DNA of 64,000 nucleotides. It comes from a virus. How positions within the stretch are numbered: the first letter of the stretch is position 1; the number at the start of each line of letters is the position of its first letter. The DNA is taken from IMG/VR virus record IMGVR_UViG_3300025009_000051, positions 32,001 to 96,000 of that record; one strand, given 5' to 3'. The position numbers were made by a program, and so were the translations under genes. Of this stretch, positions 9,868-19,253 are shown one piece after another. The notes under the pieces were generated by a model, which saw only the letters and a program-made list of their open reading frames with translations, made no database searches and was not told the origin of the DNA.

Positions 9868-9889
9868 AAAATAATTAAAATAAAAAATT

Positions 9890-10039
9890 ATGACCACCGA
9901 AATTATTAACATTGCTCTTATACTTGTTATCATTCTTAATTTAATTTCTGTATATAGAAATTATAAAATTAAACAATATGATATTGCAAGTGTAAATTTA
10001 TTTGTAGCAATTTTTTGTATTATTGCATTATTTATATGA
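9890..10039 (+). CDS. small two-helix membrane protein (49 aa)
   Basis: MTTEIINIALILVIILNLISVYRNYKIKQYDIASVNLFVAIFCIIALFI; ATGA overlap with next gene. Confidence 0.55.
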   Translation: MTTEIINIALILVIILNLISVYRNYKIKQYDIASVNLFVAIFCIIALFI

Positions 10040-10293
10040 AATATCCAAAATTGACGACTCAATTTGGAAGATGGACTTGTAATGATTGTGGTAAAGACTG
10101 TATGGAAGATAATAAGGACTATTATATGGTCAAACATGAAATATGGAATGAACACGGAGTCGGAGAAGGAATGCTGTGCATGGATTGCATGGAAAGAAGG
10201 ATGGGCCACAAACTAACCAAAGAAGATATTCTAGAATGTTTTGTAACGACCATATTTAATTCATACACTTCTAAAATATTAAGACAAAAATAA
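10036..10293 (+). CDS. small CxxC...CxxC putative zinc-binding protein
   Basis: CNDCGKDC...YYMVKHEIW...LCMDCMERR; start at ATG 10036. Confidence 0.65.
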   Translation: MKYPKLTTQFGRWTCNDCGKDCMEDNKDYYMVKHEIWNEHGVGEGMLCMDCMERRMGHKLTKEDILECFVTTIFNSYTSKILRQK

Positions 10294-10373
10294 AGAGTCA
10301 TTAAATAAAAAATATTTGAAAATTAGAAGAAAATAACTTATAATTCTATTTATTAATTAAATTTTTAAAAAAT

Positions 10374-10751
10374 ATGTCAACAGAAATTTTAACCAACAAA
10401 GGTGCATTTGTTTCATCCTTAATGAGAAACAACAGAAAGATAAAAGAAGACAGAGCGCAAGCTATTGCAGAAGACGTCGAATTAAAGTATAAACGTCAGA
10501 TCGAAGATTTGGAAATGGAAATCAAACAACAATATCGAAATTTGAATTCCATGATGGATTTATCTCCAGACGATGCTAACAGTTTAGTTCCAGCTAAGAA
10601 TTTTGATGCAAGTAAATATGTTGCAGAAGATCAAGAAATTGCATTGAAAATTCGTAATTTAGAAATTAAATTAGAATTGGCAAGATCAAGATATAAAAAA
10701 TTATTTGTAGAAGAAGCTACTGAAGAATTAATTTCAACTAAAGAAGAATAA
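10374..10751 (+). CDS. coiled-coil hypothetical protein, first gene of vWA/PurA-like trio
   Basis: 125 aa, helical, 2 nt from the vWA gene. Confidence 0.7.
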   Translation: MSTEILTNKGAFVSSLMRNNRKIKEDRAQAIAEDVELKYKRQIEDLEMEIKQQYRNLNSMMDLSPDDANSLVPAKNFDASKYVAEDQEIALKIRNLEIKLELARSRYKKLFVEEATEELISTKEE

Positions 10752-10753
10752 TC

Positions 10754-11641
10754 ATGGGAGGAGGATTTTATTCGTTGGCGAGTAGAAGTACTCGAGCTAC
10801 TTCTTCTGGTTATTATACTAAATCAGCAAATGAGATATTTTCTCATTCAATGAAAGAAAGTATGAACCCAAAGAATGCCAAATTAAGAGAGTCAAGGGAT
10901 TCAACAGATAATCCAAAATCTCTTGCAATTATTGTTGCATTAGATTTAACTGGTTCCATGGGGCATATTCCGCACGATTTGGTTAAAGATGGTTTGCCCA
11001 CAATGGTAGATACAATGTTACAAAAGAAAGTGGTTTCTCCACAAATTTTATTTCTTGGGATAGGAGATCATGAATGTGATAGGGCACCATTACAAGTTGG
11101 TCAATTTGAAACAAGCGATGAATTAATGGATAAATGGCTAACTGACATTTGGATTGAATTCGGAGGAGGCGGTAATACCGGAGAAAGTTATTTATTAGCT
11201 TGGTACTTTGCTGCTTATCACACTGCAACAGATTGTTTTGAAAAAAGAGGACAAAAAGGATTTCTATTTACAATTGGAGATGAAGCAACATTAAAAACTC
11301 TTCCTACACATGCTTTAGATAATATTATGGGATTGGGACAATATCAAAACTTTACTGCAGAGGGATTATTGAAAGAAGCTCAAAAGAAGTATAATGTATT
11401 TCACATTCATGTTACAGAAACCGGAGCAGGAAGAGATGAAAGAGCCCAACAAAGTTGGAAACAATTGATAGGACAGAATGTAATTTTTGTGAATGATTTT
11501 AAAGATATACCAATTACAATTGCAGATTTAGTAGCAAAGAATAATAAAACAAATCATTCTGAAATTATTGATGGGGTATCAACTAAAGAAGAAGTTAAAA
11601 TAAATTCAGACACTGAGCAAATTGAAGAAGAAATATTGTAA
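10754..11641 (+). CDS. vWA-domain protein
   Basis: MIDAS-like ALDLTGSMG, FLGIGDH, GGGGNTGESY, FTIGDE; starts MGGGFYS. Confidence 0.8.
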   Translation: MGGGFYSLASRSTRATSSGYYTKSANEIFSHSMKESMNPKNAKLRESRDSTDNPKSLAIIVALDLTGSMGHIPHDLVKDGLPTMVDTMLQKKVVSPQILFLGIGDHECDRAPLQVGQFETSDELMDKWLTDIWIEFGGGGNTGESYLLAWYFAAYHTATDCFEKRGQKGFLFTIGDEATLKTLPTHALDNIMGLGQYQNFTAEGLLKEAQKKYNVFHIHVTETGAGRDERAQQSWKQLIGQNVIFVNDFKDIPITIADLVAKNNKTNHSEIIDGVSTKEEVKINSDTEQIEEEIL

Positions 11642-11654
11642 ATTTTAAAATGTT

Positions 11655-12773
11655 ATGCAAAAAGTCCAATCAGTAATTGGATTAGGTTTTGGAGACGAAG
11701 GTAAAGGTATAACTACCGATTACCTTTGCTCTAAAGCTGATAATCCATTAGTAATAAGATTTTCAGGAGGCCAACAAGCAGGGCATACTGTTTATCTAAA
11801 TGATAAGAAGCATGTGTTTTCTAATTTTGGCTCTGGTACTCTTCGTGGAGTTCCAACTTATTGGTCTAAATATTGTTCATTTGATCCTGAAGGGGCATTA
11901 AATGAATTAAAAGTTTTAAAAGAAATTGGAATAGAACCGATCTTATATATAGACTGCAAATGTCCTATCACTACACAATTCGAAAAATTCTTTAATCAAA
12001 AAAATAATTTTGCTCATGGTACCGTGGGAGTCGGAGTTGGCCCAACATTCAAAAGAGAAGAAGAGTTTTATTCTTTATTAGCAGAAGATATATTCTTTCC
12101 AGAAGTGGTTAAAATTAAATTAAAATTATTTTATAGCTATTATAATTCTACAGGATCTTTAGAGGAATATTCAAATTATTTTTTAAATTTACTTGAACAG
12201 ATAAAAAATTCATTTATAGTCACAAAGAATATGAATATGAATTTTATCAAGTATGATTTAATTGCAGAGGGTTCTCAAGGATTATTATTAGATCAGCATC
12301 ATGGATTTTTTCCTCATGTTACTCGTTCTAATACCGGAACAAAAAATTTAATTGAAATGGGATTAGAACCAGAATTATTTCTTGTCACAAGAGCGTATCA
12401 AACTCGGCACGGAAATGGTCCAATGTCAAATATAGGATTAGATTTAAATTTAATTAAAAATAAAGATGAAACAAATGTGTATAATGAATATCAAGGAGAA
12501 TTCAAAAAAACTGTTTTGGATTTGAGTCTCTTACAATATGCAACATACAAAGATGAATATATTAGAGATAATATTTTAAATGCTACTCTTGTTATCACTT
12601 GTATAGATCAATTAAATACAAGATTTCCTATAACCTTAACCTTAAAAAATGATATAAAATATTTTGATAATAAAAATGCGTTTGTTAAATTTATTAAAAA
12701 TCAATTAAATGTTAAAGAAGTATATATTTCAGAATCTCACTATGCAGACGATATTAGAAAATTTGAAGAATAA
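11655..12773 (+). CDS. purA: adenylosuccinate synthetase-like (PurA-fold) enzyme, divergent
   Basis: GFGDEGKG, GGQQAGHT, EGSQGLLLD, PHVTRSNT, RAYQTRHGNGP, TCID; aspartate-binding TTGRxRR loop absent. Confidence 0.85.
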   Translation: MQKVQSVIGLGFGDEGKGITTDYLCSKADNPLVIRFSGGQQAGHTVYLNDKKHVFSNFGSGTLRGVPTYWSKYCSFDPEGALNELKVLKEIGIEPILYIDCKCPITTQFEKFFNQKNNFAHGTVGVGVGPTFKREEEFYSLLAEDIFFPEVVKIKLKLFYSYYNSTGSLEEYSNYFLNLLEQIKNSFIVTKNMNMNFIKYDLIAEGSQGLLLDQHHGFFPHVTRSNTGTKNLIEMGLEPELFLVTRAYQTRHGNGPMSNIGLDLNLIKNKDETNVYNEYQGEFKKTVLDLSLLQYATYKDEYIRDNILNATLVITCIDQLNTRFPITLTLKNDIKYFDNKNAFVKFIKNQLNVKEVYISESHYADDIRKFEE

Positions 12774-12978
12774 ATTATATAGATTTTTCTTTCCTTACAA
12801 AGCTTGGATTAAATTAAGAGAAGAAAGTAAAGATGAATTTGGCGATAGAATATGCTATTGTGGACATACTGATAGATGTTCATGTTTAAATCCAGATAAA
12901 ACATTATTTAAAGAATCTCTGAAAAGAGGAGATATAATTTTATGGGATAAAGAAAATGGTTGGAAACAAATGGAATAA
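12742..12978 (+). CDS. hypothetical protein (CYCGHTDRCSC)
   Basis: ORF track 12709-12978; ATG 12742 likelier. Confidence 0.55.
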   Translation: MQTILENLKNKLYRFFFPYKAWIKLREESKDEFGDRICYCGHTDRCSCLNPDKTLFKESLKRGDIILWDKENGWKQME

Positions 12979-12993
12979 AAATATATTAAAAGA

Positions 12994-13025
12994 TTTGTTT
13001 GTTTCGTTTTTTTAGTTTATATTTG
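12994..13025 (+). promoter_or_regulatory. Bacteroidota sigma-A type promoter
   Basis: TTTG-N20-TATATTTG, full consensus, 20 nt before ATG 13046. Confidence 0.75.
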
Positions 13026-13045
13026 TAGTATAAAAACAAAATAAA

Positions 13046-13270
13046 ATGAAATCAATATTTAATGGAGGTTTAGAACTTGGAATTTTTAAAATTGTTGGAG
13101 ATGAAAATTTATCTGAACAAGACTTAGAAAGAAAAAAATATTTAGAATCTCTCCCAAAAAATAAATGGGTAACTTTAGATGAAAATGGGCAAGCAATATC
13201 AGATCAAGAAGCAACTGAATTAGCCAAGAAAGAAATTAAAAAATATGCTATTATTAAAAACAAAAAATAA
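13046..13270 (+). CDS. hypothetical protein
   Basis: 74-aa ORF directly after promoter. Confidence 0.6.
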   Translation: MKSIFNGGLELGIFKIVGDENLSEQDLERKKYLESLPKNKWVTLDENGQAISDQEATELAKKEIKKYAIIKNKK

Positions 13271-13467
13271 TGGAAATACAAATTGCAAAAACTGATTATT
13301 TTAAGAAAGGAAATGAATATTCTTCTAAAGAAGACATTACAAGAATAAATTTAATTTCAACTTTATCTGGCGCGAATCTTTTCAATTATTTTGAAATAGA
13401 TTCCATAGGAACCTACATTTGCATTAAAGATTTAATTTTCAAACAACAAATTTATAATTTGAATTAA
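13270..13467 (+). CDS. hypothetical protein
   Basis: 65-aa ORF, stop/start overlap. Confidence 0.55.
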   Translation: MEIQIAKTDYFKKGNEYSSKEDITRINLISTLSGANLFNYFEIDSIGTYICIKDLIFKQQIYNLN

Positions 13468-13469
13468 CC

Positions 13470-14780
13470 ATGAACCAACCCTTAATTTTCAATTTTTTAA
13501 CTTCTCAAGCATGGATTAACTCTTTATATTCCTTTTCTAATAAAGTTGAAATATATCTTGTTGGAGGATATATTAGAGATATGTTAATGGGGAAAGAAGG
13601 TCATGATATAGATTTATTAATTACCAATATTTCTCATGAAGACATTCAAGAAAAAATAAAGGAATTTGGTCATTTAGTTGAAACAAATGGTCATTTCAAA
13701 ACAATAAAATTCAGACCGTTTAATTGGGATTCTAAATATGAAGACATTGACATAGTAATTCCAAGAATCGATGTTACAATGTCAGATGAAGAGTTTAAAA
13801 TTGCAAAAGAAAAAGATCCTGCCCTAAACAAACATCAAGCATTTAAGATTATTTGGGATATGAATCTCGACGCTAAACATGATTTAATTCGGAGAGATTT
13901 TACTATTAATTCAATGGCAGTAGATATTAAGACACATGAATTAATAGATCCTTTCAATGCTCAAAAAGATTTGTATAATGGCAGAATTAAAATGACTAAT
14001 GCAGATACATTTAAAGATGATCCAGTAAGAATGTTGAGAGCGTTTAGATTTGCATGTAGATATAATTTTGTAATTGAAGCAGATACACTTAATGAAATAA
14101 TCGCCAATAAAGAACTTATAGCGGGGATTTCACCTGAGAGAATATTAATGGAATTTAAGAAAAGTTTCGAACAAATTAATACTGATCCTTTATTAAAAAA
14201 ATACATTAAATTAATTCAACAAACCAAAATATTAGATGAATTAATTTCAAGAGATGAAGAATTAATATCTGACTCTTATAAATGTTATATGCTCAATAGA
14301 CCAATAACATCATTCGCTTGGTTTGTGTATTTAATTTTAGGTACTCACAATTATGTGATTTCTCCTTCAGTCAGTTACTCTGAAATATTAAAAGGAGATA
14401 AAGAAACTGAACTCGAAATTGACACAATAGATAAGATAAATAAATTTATAATTGATAAGAGTAGAGAAGATAATGATTATGTTTATAGAAAATTAGCATT
14501 TTACGTTTATAATAAATGTAAAGCTTGCACCAATTATTTTTTTAATGATAAAATAAACAATGCATTTCGAGAAATAATATCATCTAATTTTATAAAGTCT
14601 ACAAAAGATTTAGCTTTAGATGGAGAGGAAATAAAAAAATTATTAGGAATAAATGATTCTAATTTAAAAATGAGAGCTAAAGAAATTGGTGAAATGCAAA
14701 GAAAATTAATAGATTTGATTTTACAAAACATCGCAAAAAATACAAAAGAAAGTTTAACCTATTTTATTAAAACATTATGA
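13470..14780 (+). CDS. cca: CCA-adding enzyme / poly(A) polymerase family (class II nucleotidyltransferase)
   Basis: LVGGYIRD...DIDLL, DLIRRDFTINSMA, FKDDPVRMLRAFRF, ISPERI; no HD motif seen. Confidence 0.85.
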   Translation: MNQPLIFNFLTSQAWINSLYSFSNKVEIYLVGGYIRDMLMGKEGHDIDLLITNISHEDIQEKIKEFGHLVETNGHFKTIKFRPFNWDSKYEDIDIVIPRIDVTMSDEEFKIAKEKDPALNKHQAFKIIWDMNLDAKHDLIRRDFTINSMAVDIKTHELIDPFNAQKDLYNGRIKMTNADTFKDDPVRMLRAFRFACRYNFVIEADTLNEIIANKELIAGISPERILMEFKKSFEQINTDPLLKKYIKLIQQTKILDELISRDEELISDSYKCYMLNRPITSFAWFVYLILGTHNYVISPSVSYSEILKGDKETELEIDTIDKINKFIIDKSREDNDYVYRKLAFYVYNKCKACTNYFFNDKINNAFREIISSNFIKSTKDLALDGEEIKKLLGINDSNLKMRAKEIGEMQRKLIDLILQNIAKNTKESLTYFIKTL

Positions 14781-14983
14781 AAGAAAATAAATTTACAGAC
14801 ATTAAGAAATTTGAAAATGTTGAATTCGATGGAGTAGATCCGAAAGACGCTCCCGATTATTCAGATGCATTTATTGTAAGTGCAGATTATGATGGAATTG
14901 CATTGACAGAAGAAGAACTTGATGAAATAGATGCAAGTTTAATGTATGAACTGTTAATGATTCATTTTTATGGATGTGTATAA
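14777..14983 (+). CDS. small acidic hypothetical protein
   Basis: VEFDGVDPKDAPDYSDAFIVSADYDG motif; 4-nt overlap. Confidence 0.65.
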   Translation: MKENKFTDIKKFENVEFDGVDPKDAPDYSDAFIVSADYDGIALTEEELDEIDASLMYELLMIHFYGCV

Positions 14984-15044
14984 CAGAAAAATATCAATTT
15001 CTAGACGGTAGGAAATACGAAACTCAAATTAAAAAAAGAAAATT

Positions 15045-15251
15045 ATGGAATATAAATTAAACGCACAAGACGAAAATCCATATTGGAGAAACTATATGGA
15101 TAATGTAAATAATGATGAACAATGGATGAAGGAAGTTAAATTGAACTTACCCATACCATCAAAAAGTTATGTAACATATTCAGAAGAAGAATTTGAACAA
15201 ATGTTGATAAGTGATATTCAATTTAACGATAAATGGGGAAACTGTATTTGA
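15045..15251 (+). CDS. hypothetical protein
   Basis: 68-aa ORF. Confidence 0.55.
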   Translation: MEYKLNAQDENPYWRNYMDNVNNDEQWMKEVKLNLPIPSKSYVTYSEEEFEQMLISDIQFNDKWGNCI

Positions 15252-15260
15252 TTATGGCTT

Positions 15261-15458
15261 ATGAAAACAATTGTATCTAAAACAAATATTTATGAATATT
15301 ACGAATTAAATGACTATGGGCGACGCCAAGCAATAGAAAATTTTGTAAATAGTAAAATATACCAATATTCTTATGCTTGGAGTGATGAAAAACGTATAAG
15401 AACTATTATAAACGACAAAATGTATTTTACATATACAGGAGATATAGTTCCAACTTAA
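15261..15458 (+). CDS. hypothetical protein
   Basis: 65-aa ORF. Confidence 0.55.
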   Translation: MKTIVSKTNIYEYYELNDYGRRQAIENFVNSKIYQYSYAWSDEKRIRTIINDKMYFTYTGDIVPT

Positions 15459-15514
15459 TACGTCATATTGGCATTGAATTAAATAAAAAAATTATTAATT
15501 AAAAATAAATAAAA

Positions 15515-16027
15515 ATGAAAAAATTAAGGATTATTGTGTTATTATCATTTATGGTAATGTTATTTGGATTTGGATGTGGAGAAAGCGGGTCTCCATCAGA
15601 TACAGAAATGAGCAAACAAAATGAACTAATTCTTCAAGAATCAATCAGACAATTGGGTATGCCGGCAATTGTGAATTTTCAAGAAAAGAAAAACTTGAAA
15701 TGGATATACGAATTATGTGATCAAGAAAAATTTATTTGCCATGTATATCTTTATAATGCTATGACAGGTGAAGTAGGTCAATATTTGGGTGAATGTATTG
15801 GATATGGAATTCCTTATTCTACTCAATATAGTAATCCACAAAAAGTAGATATTTGGAATTATTCATCTGAAGGAATTTATACACTACCACAAGCAGAACC
15901 TAATGGATTATTTAAAGCTGAAGGACAAAGTGCCACATGGGTTATTATGATTGATCCAGTAAGCAAAGAACCAAGACCAGTGTATATTGAACCGGATATT
16001 ATTGTATCACCATTTAAATTGAAATAA
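15515..16027 (+). CDS. putative lipoprotein
   Basis: MKKLR + hydrophobic stretch + lipobox-like FGFGC; GYGIPYSTQYSNP, QAEPNGLF, YIEPDIIVSPFKL. Confidence 0.65.
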   Translation: MKKLRIIVLLSFMVMLFGFGCGESGSPSDTEMSKQNELILQESIRQLGMPAIVNFQEKKNLKWIYELCDQEKFICHVYLYNAMTGEVGQYLGECIGYGIPYSTQYSNPQKVDIWNYSSEGIYTLPQAEPNGLFKAEGQSATWVIMIDPVSKEPRPVYIEPDIIVSPFKLK

Positions 16028-16057
16028 TATTAAATTACCATTTAAATTAAAATAACT

Positions 16058-16390
16058 ATGAAAAGAGAAATTGGAATTGGAATCTTTGTATTTGTAATCG
16101 TAATTGTCGTTGGAATAGGATTATCATACGCATTCGGGTGGATTGGAGTTCATCAGACAAAGACAATTTATAAAGAAAAAGAAAATGCAAAGAGAGAAGT
16201 GTTTGAACAAACTCAATCTTATGTAGAAGGTAAAAGACAAGAAGCATTAAAGTTTTATCAAGAATATCAAGCAGCATCATACGATGATAAACAAACAATT
16301 GAAAAAATGGTATCACTTTCGTTTGCTAATTTTGATGAAACTAAATTAGAATCTCCACTTCGAGAATTTGTTTATAATTGTAAATATTAA
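16058..16390 (+). CDS. N-terminally membrane-anchored protein, partner of the lipoprotein
   Basis: TM helix at residues ~6-29, then REVFEQTQSYVEGK coiled segment. Confidence 0.65.
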   Translation: MKREIGIGIFVFVIVIVVGIGLSYAFGWIGVHQTKTIYKEKENAKREVFEQTQSYVEGKRQEALKFYQEYQAASYDDKQTIEKMVSLSFANFDETKLESPLREFVYNCKY

Positions 16391-16401
16391 TTGAATAATT
16401 T

Positions 16402-16444
16402 GAAAAGAGTAAATTAAATTGTTTTTACTCTTTTCTTTATTTTT
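16402..16444 (+). terminator. intrinsic terminator
   Basis: 12-bp stem GAAAAGAGTAAA/TTTACTCTTTTC, 10-nt loop, T-rich tail. Confidence 0.75.
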
Positions 16445-16450
16445 AAAAAC

Positions 16451-16867
16451 ATGACAATGAAATATAGAATTAAACAAAAGACATTCCTAAATTCAGATGA
16501 AAAGATTATATCTAATATTTTTTATATTCAGAAAAAAATGTTATTTTTGTGGGTAAGAGTAAGTACCAGAGTAATACCGAATGACAATAAAGTGCATACA
16601 ACATTTAAAAAAAGTTATTTAACATTTAATTCTTATGAAAACTGTGAATCCCATTATAAAGAATTTTTTGAATGTGAAAATGTGATTACATTTAGAAACA
16701 AAAAAATATTTAAGGTATATGATATATATTTTGATTGTAGTAGATATTTTGTAATGTTTGGTGGAATTTGGGTTACATTTTCTACACCTCAAGAAGCGAA
16801 TAGAGCAATCAAAAAAGATAATGATAAAAAAGTTAAATCGACCAAAATAACCATACTCAATTTATAA
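16451..16867 (+). CDS. hypothetical protein, paralog A
   Basis: MKYRIKQK...KIISNIFYIQKK.LFLW...VKSTKI shared with next gene. Confidence 0.75.
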   Translation: MTMKYRIKQKTFLNSDEKIISNIFYIQKKMLFLWVRVSTRVIPNDNKVHTTFKKSYLTFNSYENCESHYKEFFECENVITFRNKKIFKVYDIYFDCSRYFVMFGGIWVTFSTPQEANRAIKKDNDKKVKSTKITILNL

Positions 16868-16874
16868 CAATAAA

Positions 16875-17276
16875 ATGAAATATAGAATCAAACAAAAAAT
16901 ATCCCTGGATTCAACTGAAAAGATAATATCTAACATTTTTTATATTCAGAAAAAAATATTATTTTTGTGGGCACGAGCCAAGAGTAGAACTGGTATTTCA
17001 AACTATAATGTCTTGACATTTTCTAACTTTGAAGATTGTAAAGAACATTATGATGAAATGTTTACTTGCAAAAATGAAATATCATATAAAAATAAAAAAA
17101 TATTTACAATTTATAATGAATTTAAGATATTTGATTGGAAGTCACATTGCAATTTTGCTGTGTGTTTTTCTAATTGCTGGTTTTATTACGGTAGCATTGA
17201 AAAAGCCAAACAAGCAATAGACAAAAATTTAGATGAACAAGTTAAATCGACTAAAATAAAAATAATCGATGTATAG
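16875..17276 (+). CDS. hypothetical protein, paralog B
   Basis: Tandem duplicate of 16451-16867 at DNA and protein level. Confidence 0.75.
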   Translation: MKYRIKQKISLDSTEKIISNIFYIQKKILFLWARAKSRTGISNYNVLTFSNFEDCKEHYDEMFTCKNEISYKNKKIFTIYNEFKIFDWKSHCNFAVCFSNCWFYYGSIEKAKQAIDKNLDEQVKSTKIKIIDV

Positions 17277-19008
17277 TGATAAATGGTTTCCTCAAAATTT
17301 TTTATTTGATAATAATAATCCTTTTCATTTATATATTTTAAAACAGAATATTTCTAATATCATAAAAATTATTTTTGGTAAAGAATATTCTGTCGATTAT
17401 TATTCTGTAGATGATATTATGAATAAAAACAATAATATTATTTATATAGATCATAATATTAAAAATATAGATAATCAAATTGGTTATGTATTATTATCTG
17501 CATTTCGTAAAAAATGTGATTTTAATATTCATCAAATTATTTCTAATAGTGGTATATCTGATATAGAATATGAAAAATTAGAATTGATATGTCATGTGTT
17601 GAGTTTTCACAATGCGTTAGCTGAAATTAAAAAAGTAGTCCCCGGTTATCTAAAATTTATTAAAAAATATTTAGATTATAATTTCAAAATTTTAAGTCAA
17701 TATACTTCAGAAACAATATCAACAAATAAAATTTTATTACATCAACTATTTAAAAAAGTATTAACAGAAAATAATTGGGATACTTTTTCTTATCATTTAT
17801 TAAAATTTCATTTAGAAGAATCTTCTATATCAGAAATCAAAAATATCCAAGATAAGTTAAAAAAAGAAAAACAATTAGATGAAGAATTATTTTTTAAATA
17901 TTTTACTGAACTTTATACTGTTTTACAATCTATAAACACCAATAAAGAAAATGATTATTCAACTTTAGAAGAAGCAGAAATAAAAAAACTAACTAACACA
18001 ATTGAAAGATATGAATCAATAATTTTCAATAAATTAAAATTAGCTTCTATCAGATATTCATTAAAAAGTAATATTATAAAGTATGATACATTAAAAATAA
18101 AACAAGAGAAAGTCAATTATAAATTAAATGAACCAGTAAATATTTTATATTTAGATGAATTAAATTCAGCTTCTTTAGATAATAAATTATTTGATTTATT
18201 TGAAACAAATCCAACATTATTAAATTACAATCAAAAAATAATCTTACCTGATGGAATTAAAATAGGTAGAAAAATTTTATCTCAGTTGAAATATCGAGAC
18301 AATAATAAGATAGAAAAAAATAATTATTTATTATCAGGAAAACTGAATAAAAGATTTCTATATAAAATACCATTGGAAGATAAAAACATTTATTATCGTG
18401 AAATAGATCAAACAAAGAAACATAGAACCGTTTATATTGTTGTAGATGCATCTAAATCAATGCAGGATGATAAATGGGATAAGACTCAAAAATTTGTAAT
18501 CAGTCTTATTTATGCAATATCAAATATTAGATCATTAGATATTGAAGTGTATTATAGACGAACATTACAGAATCAAAATAAATCTGTAAAAAATTTAGAT
18601 ATTAATCCTTTTGTTTTAAAAGCATATGATAGTAAGAAAGATAAATTTGAAAAGGTTAAAAAATATTTTAAATATCTAAAACCAAGTGGAGGATCTCCTG
18701 AAGGAATTGTATTGGATTATTTATCAAATAAATTAAAACAAGATTCGATAGTAATTAATATCTCAGATGGGTTACCTGAATTTTATAATCATTCAATTTC
18801 ATATACTGGTACTGAAGCAAATGATCATACTAAAAAACAAATAAAAAAATTAATGGATAAGAATATAAATTTCATATCATATTTTATAGGAGATAGAAAT
18901 GATTATGAAAAATATAAAACTATATATAAGCATAAGCATTTCTATGTTCCTGAAGAAATTGATAAATTAGGATTGACCCTAAATGAAGTTTTATTCGACG
19001 AGGTATAA
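17269..19008 (+). CDS. CobT-like protein with C-terminal vWA domain
   Basis: VYIVVDASKSM (DxSxS), GGSPEG, ISDGLPE. Confidence 0.75.
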   Translation: MYSDKWFPQNFLFDNNNPFHLYILKQNISNIIKIIFGKEYSVDYYSVDDIMNKNNNIIYIDHNIKNIDNQIGYVLLSAFRKKCDFNIHQIISNSGISDIEYEKLELICHVLSFHNALAEIKKVVPGYLKFIKKYLDYNFKILSQYTSETISTNKILLHQLFKKVLTENNWDTFSYHLLKFHLEESSISEIKNIQDKLKKEKQLDEELFFKYFTELYTVLQSINTNKENDYSTLEEAEIKKLTNTIERYESIIFNKLKLASIRYSLKSNIIKYDTLKIKQEKVNYKLNEPVNILYLDELNSASLDNKLFDLFETNPTLLNYNQKIILPDGIKIGRKILSQLKYRDNNKIEKNNYLLSGKLNKRFLYKIPLEDKNIYYREIDQTKKHRTVYIVVDASKSMQDDKWDKTQKFVISLIYAISNIRSLDIEVYYRRTLQNQNKSVKNLDINPFVLKAYDSKKDKFEKVKKYFKYLKPSGGSPEGIVLDYLSNKLKQDSIVINISDGLPEFYNHSISYTGTEANDHTKKQIKKLMDKNINFISYFIGDRNDYEKYKTIYKHKHFYVPEEIDKLGLTLNEVLFDEV

Positions 19009-19239
19009 TTTATTATCCAAATCCAAGTCTCCTTCTCCGTGCTGTTTTCTTAAATCATTTATAATTGTTAATTCTTCATTTCGTATTGATTTATATTCAG
19101 AATCTAATTCATTGACTTCTTCTTGAATTTGTTTCTTTCTGATTTCCATATAACCCAATTTTAAAGATATAACATCATATTTTTCTTGTATGCCTTTAAT
19201 TTGATTAATTGTTTCGTCTGATAAATTTATTTGTTTCAT
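18991..19239 (-). CDS. small coiled-coil phage protein
   Basis: 82 aa ending HGEGDLDLD. Confidence 0.65.
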   Translation of the reverse strand: MKQINLSDETINQIKGIQEKYDVISLKLGYMEIRKKQIQEEVNELDSEYKSIRNEELTIINDLRKQHGEGDLDLDNKLYLVE

Positions 19240-19253
19240 AACTCAGTATTAAT

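Noticed and set aside
11655-12773. PurZ / 2-aminoadenine (Z-DNA) pathway
   Set aside because: The catalytic position is Asp (GDEGKG), not the Ser of PurZ, and the Asp-binding loop PurZ also needs is missing; no DatZ or MazZ was recognised in the window
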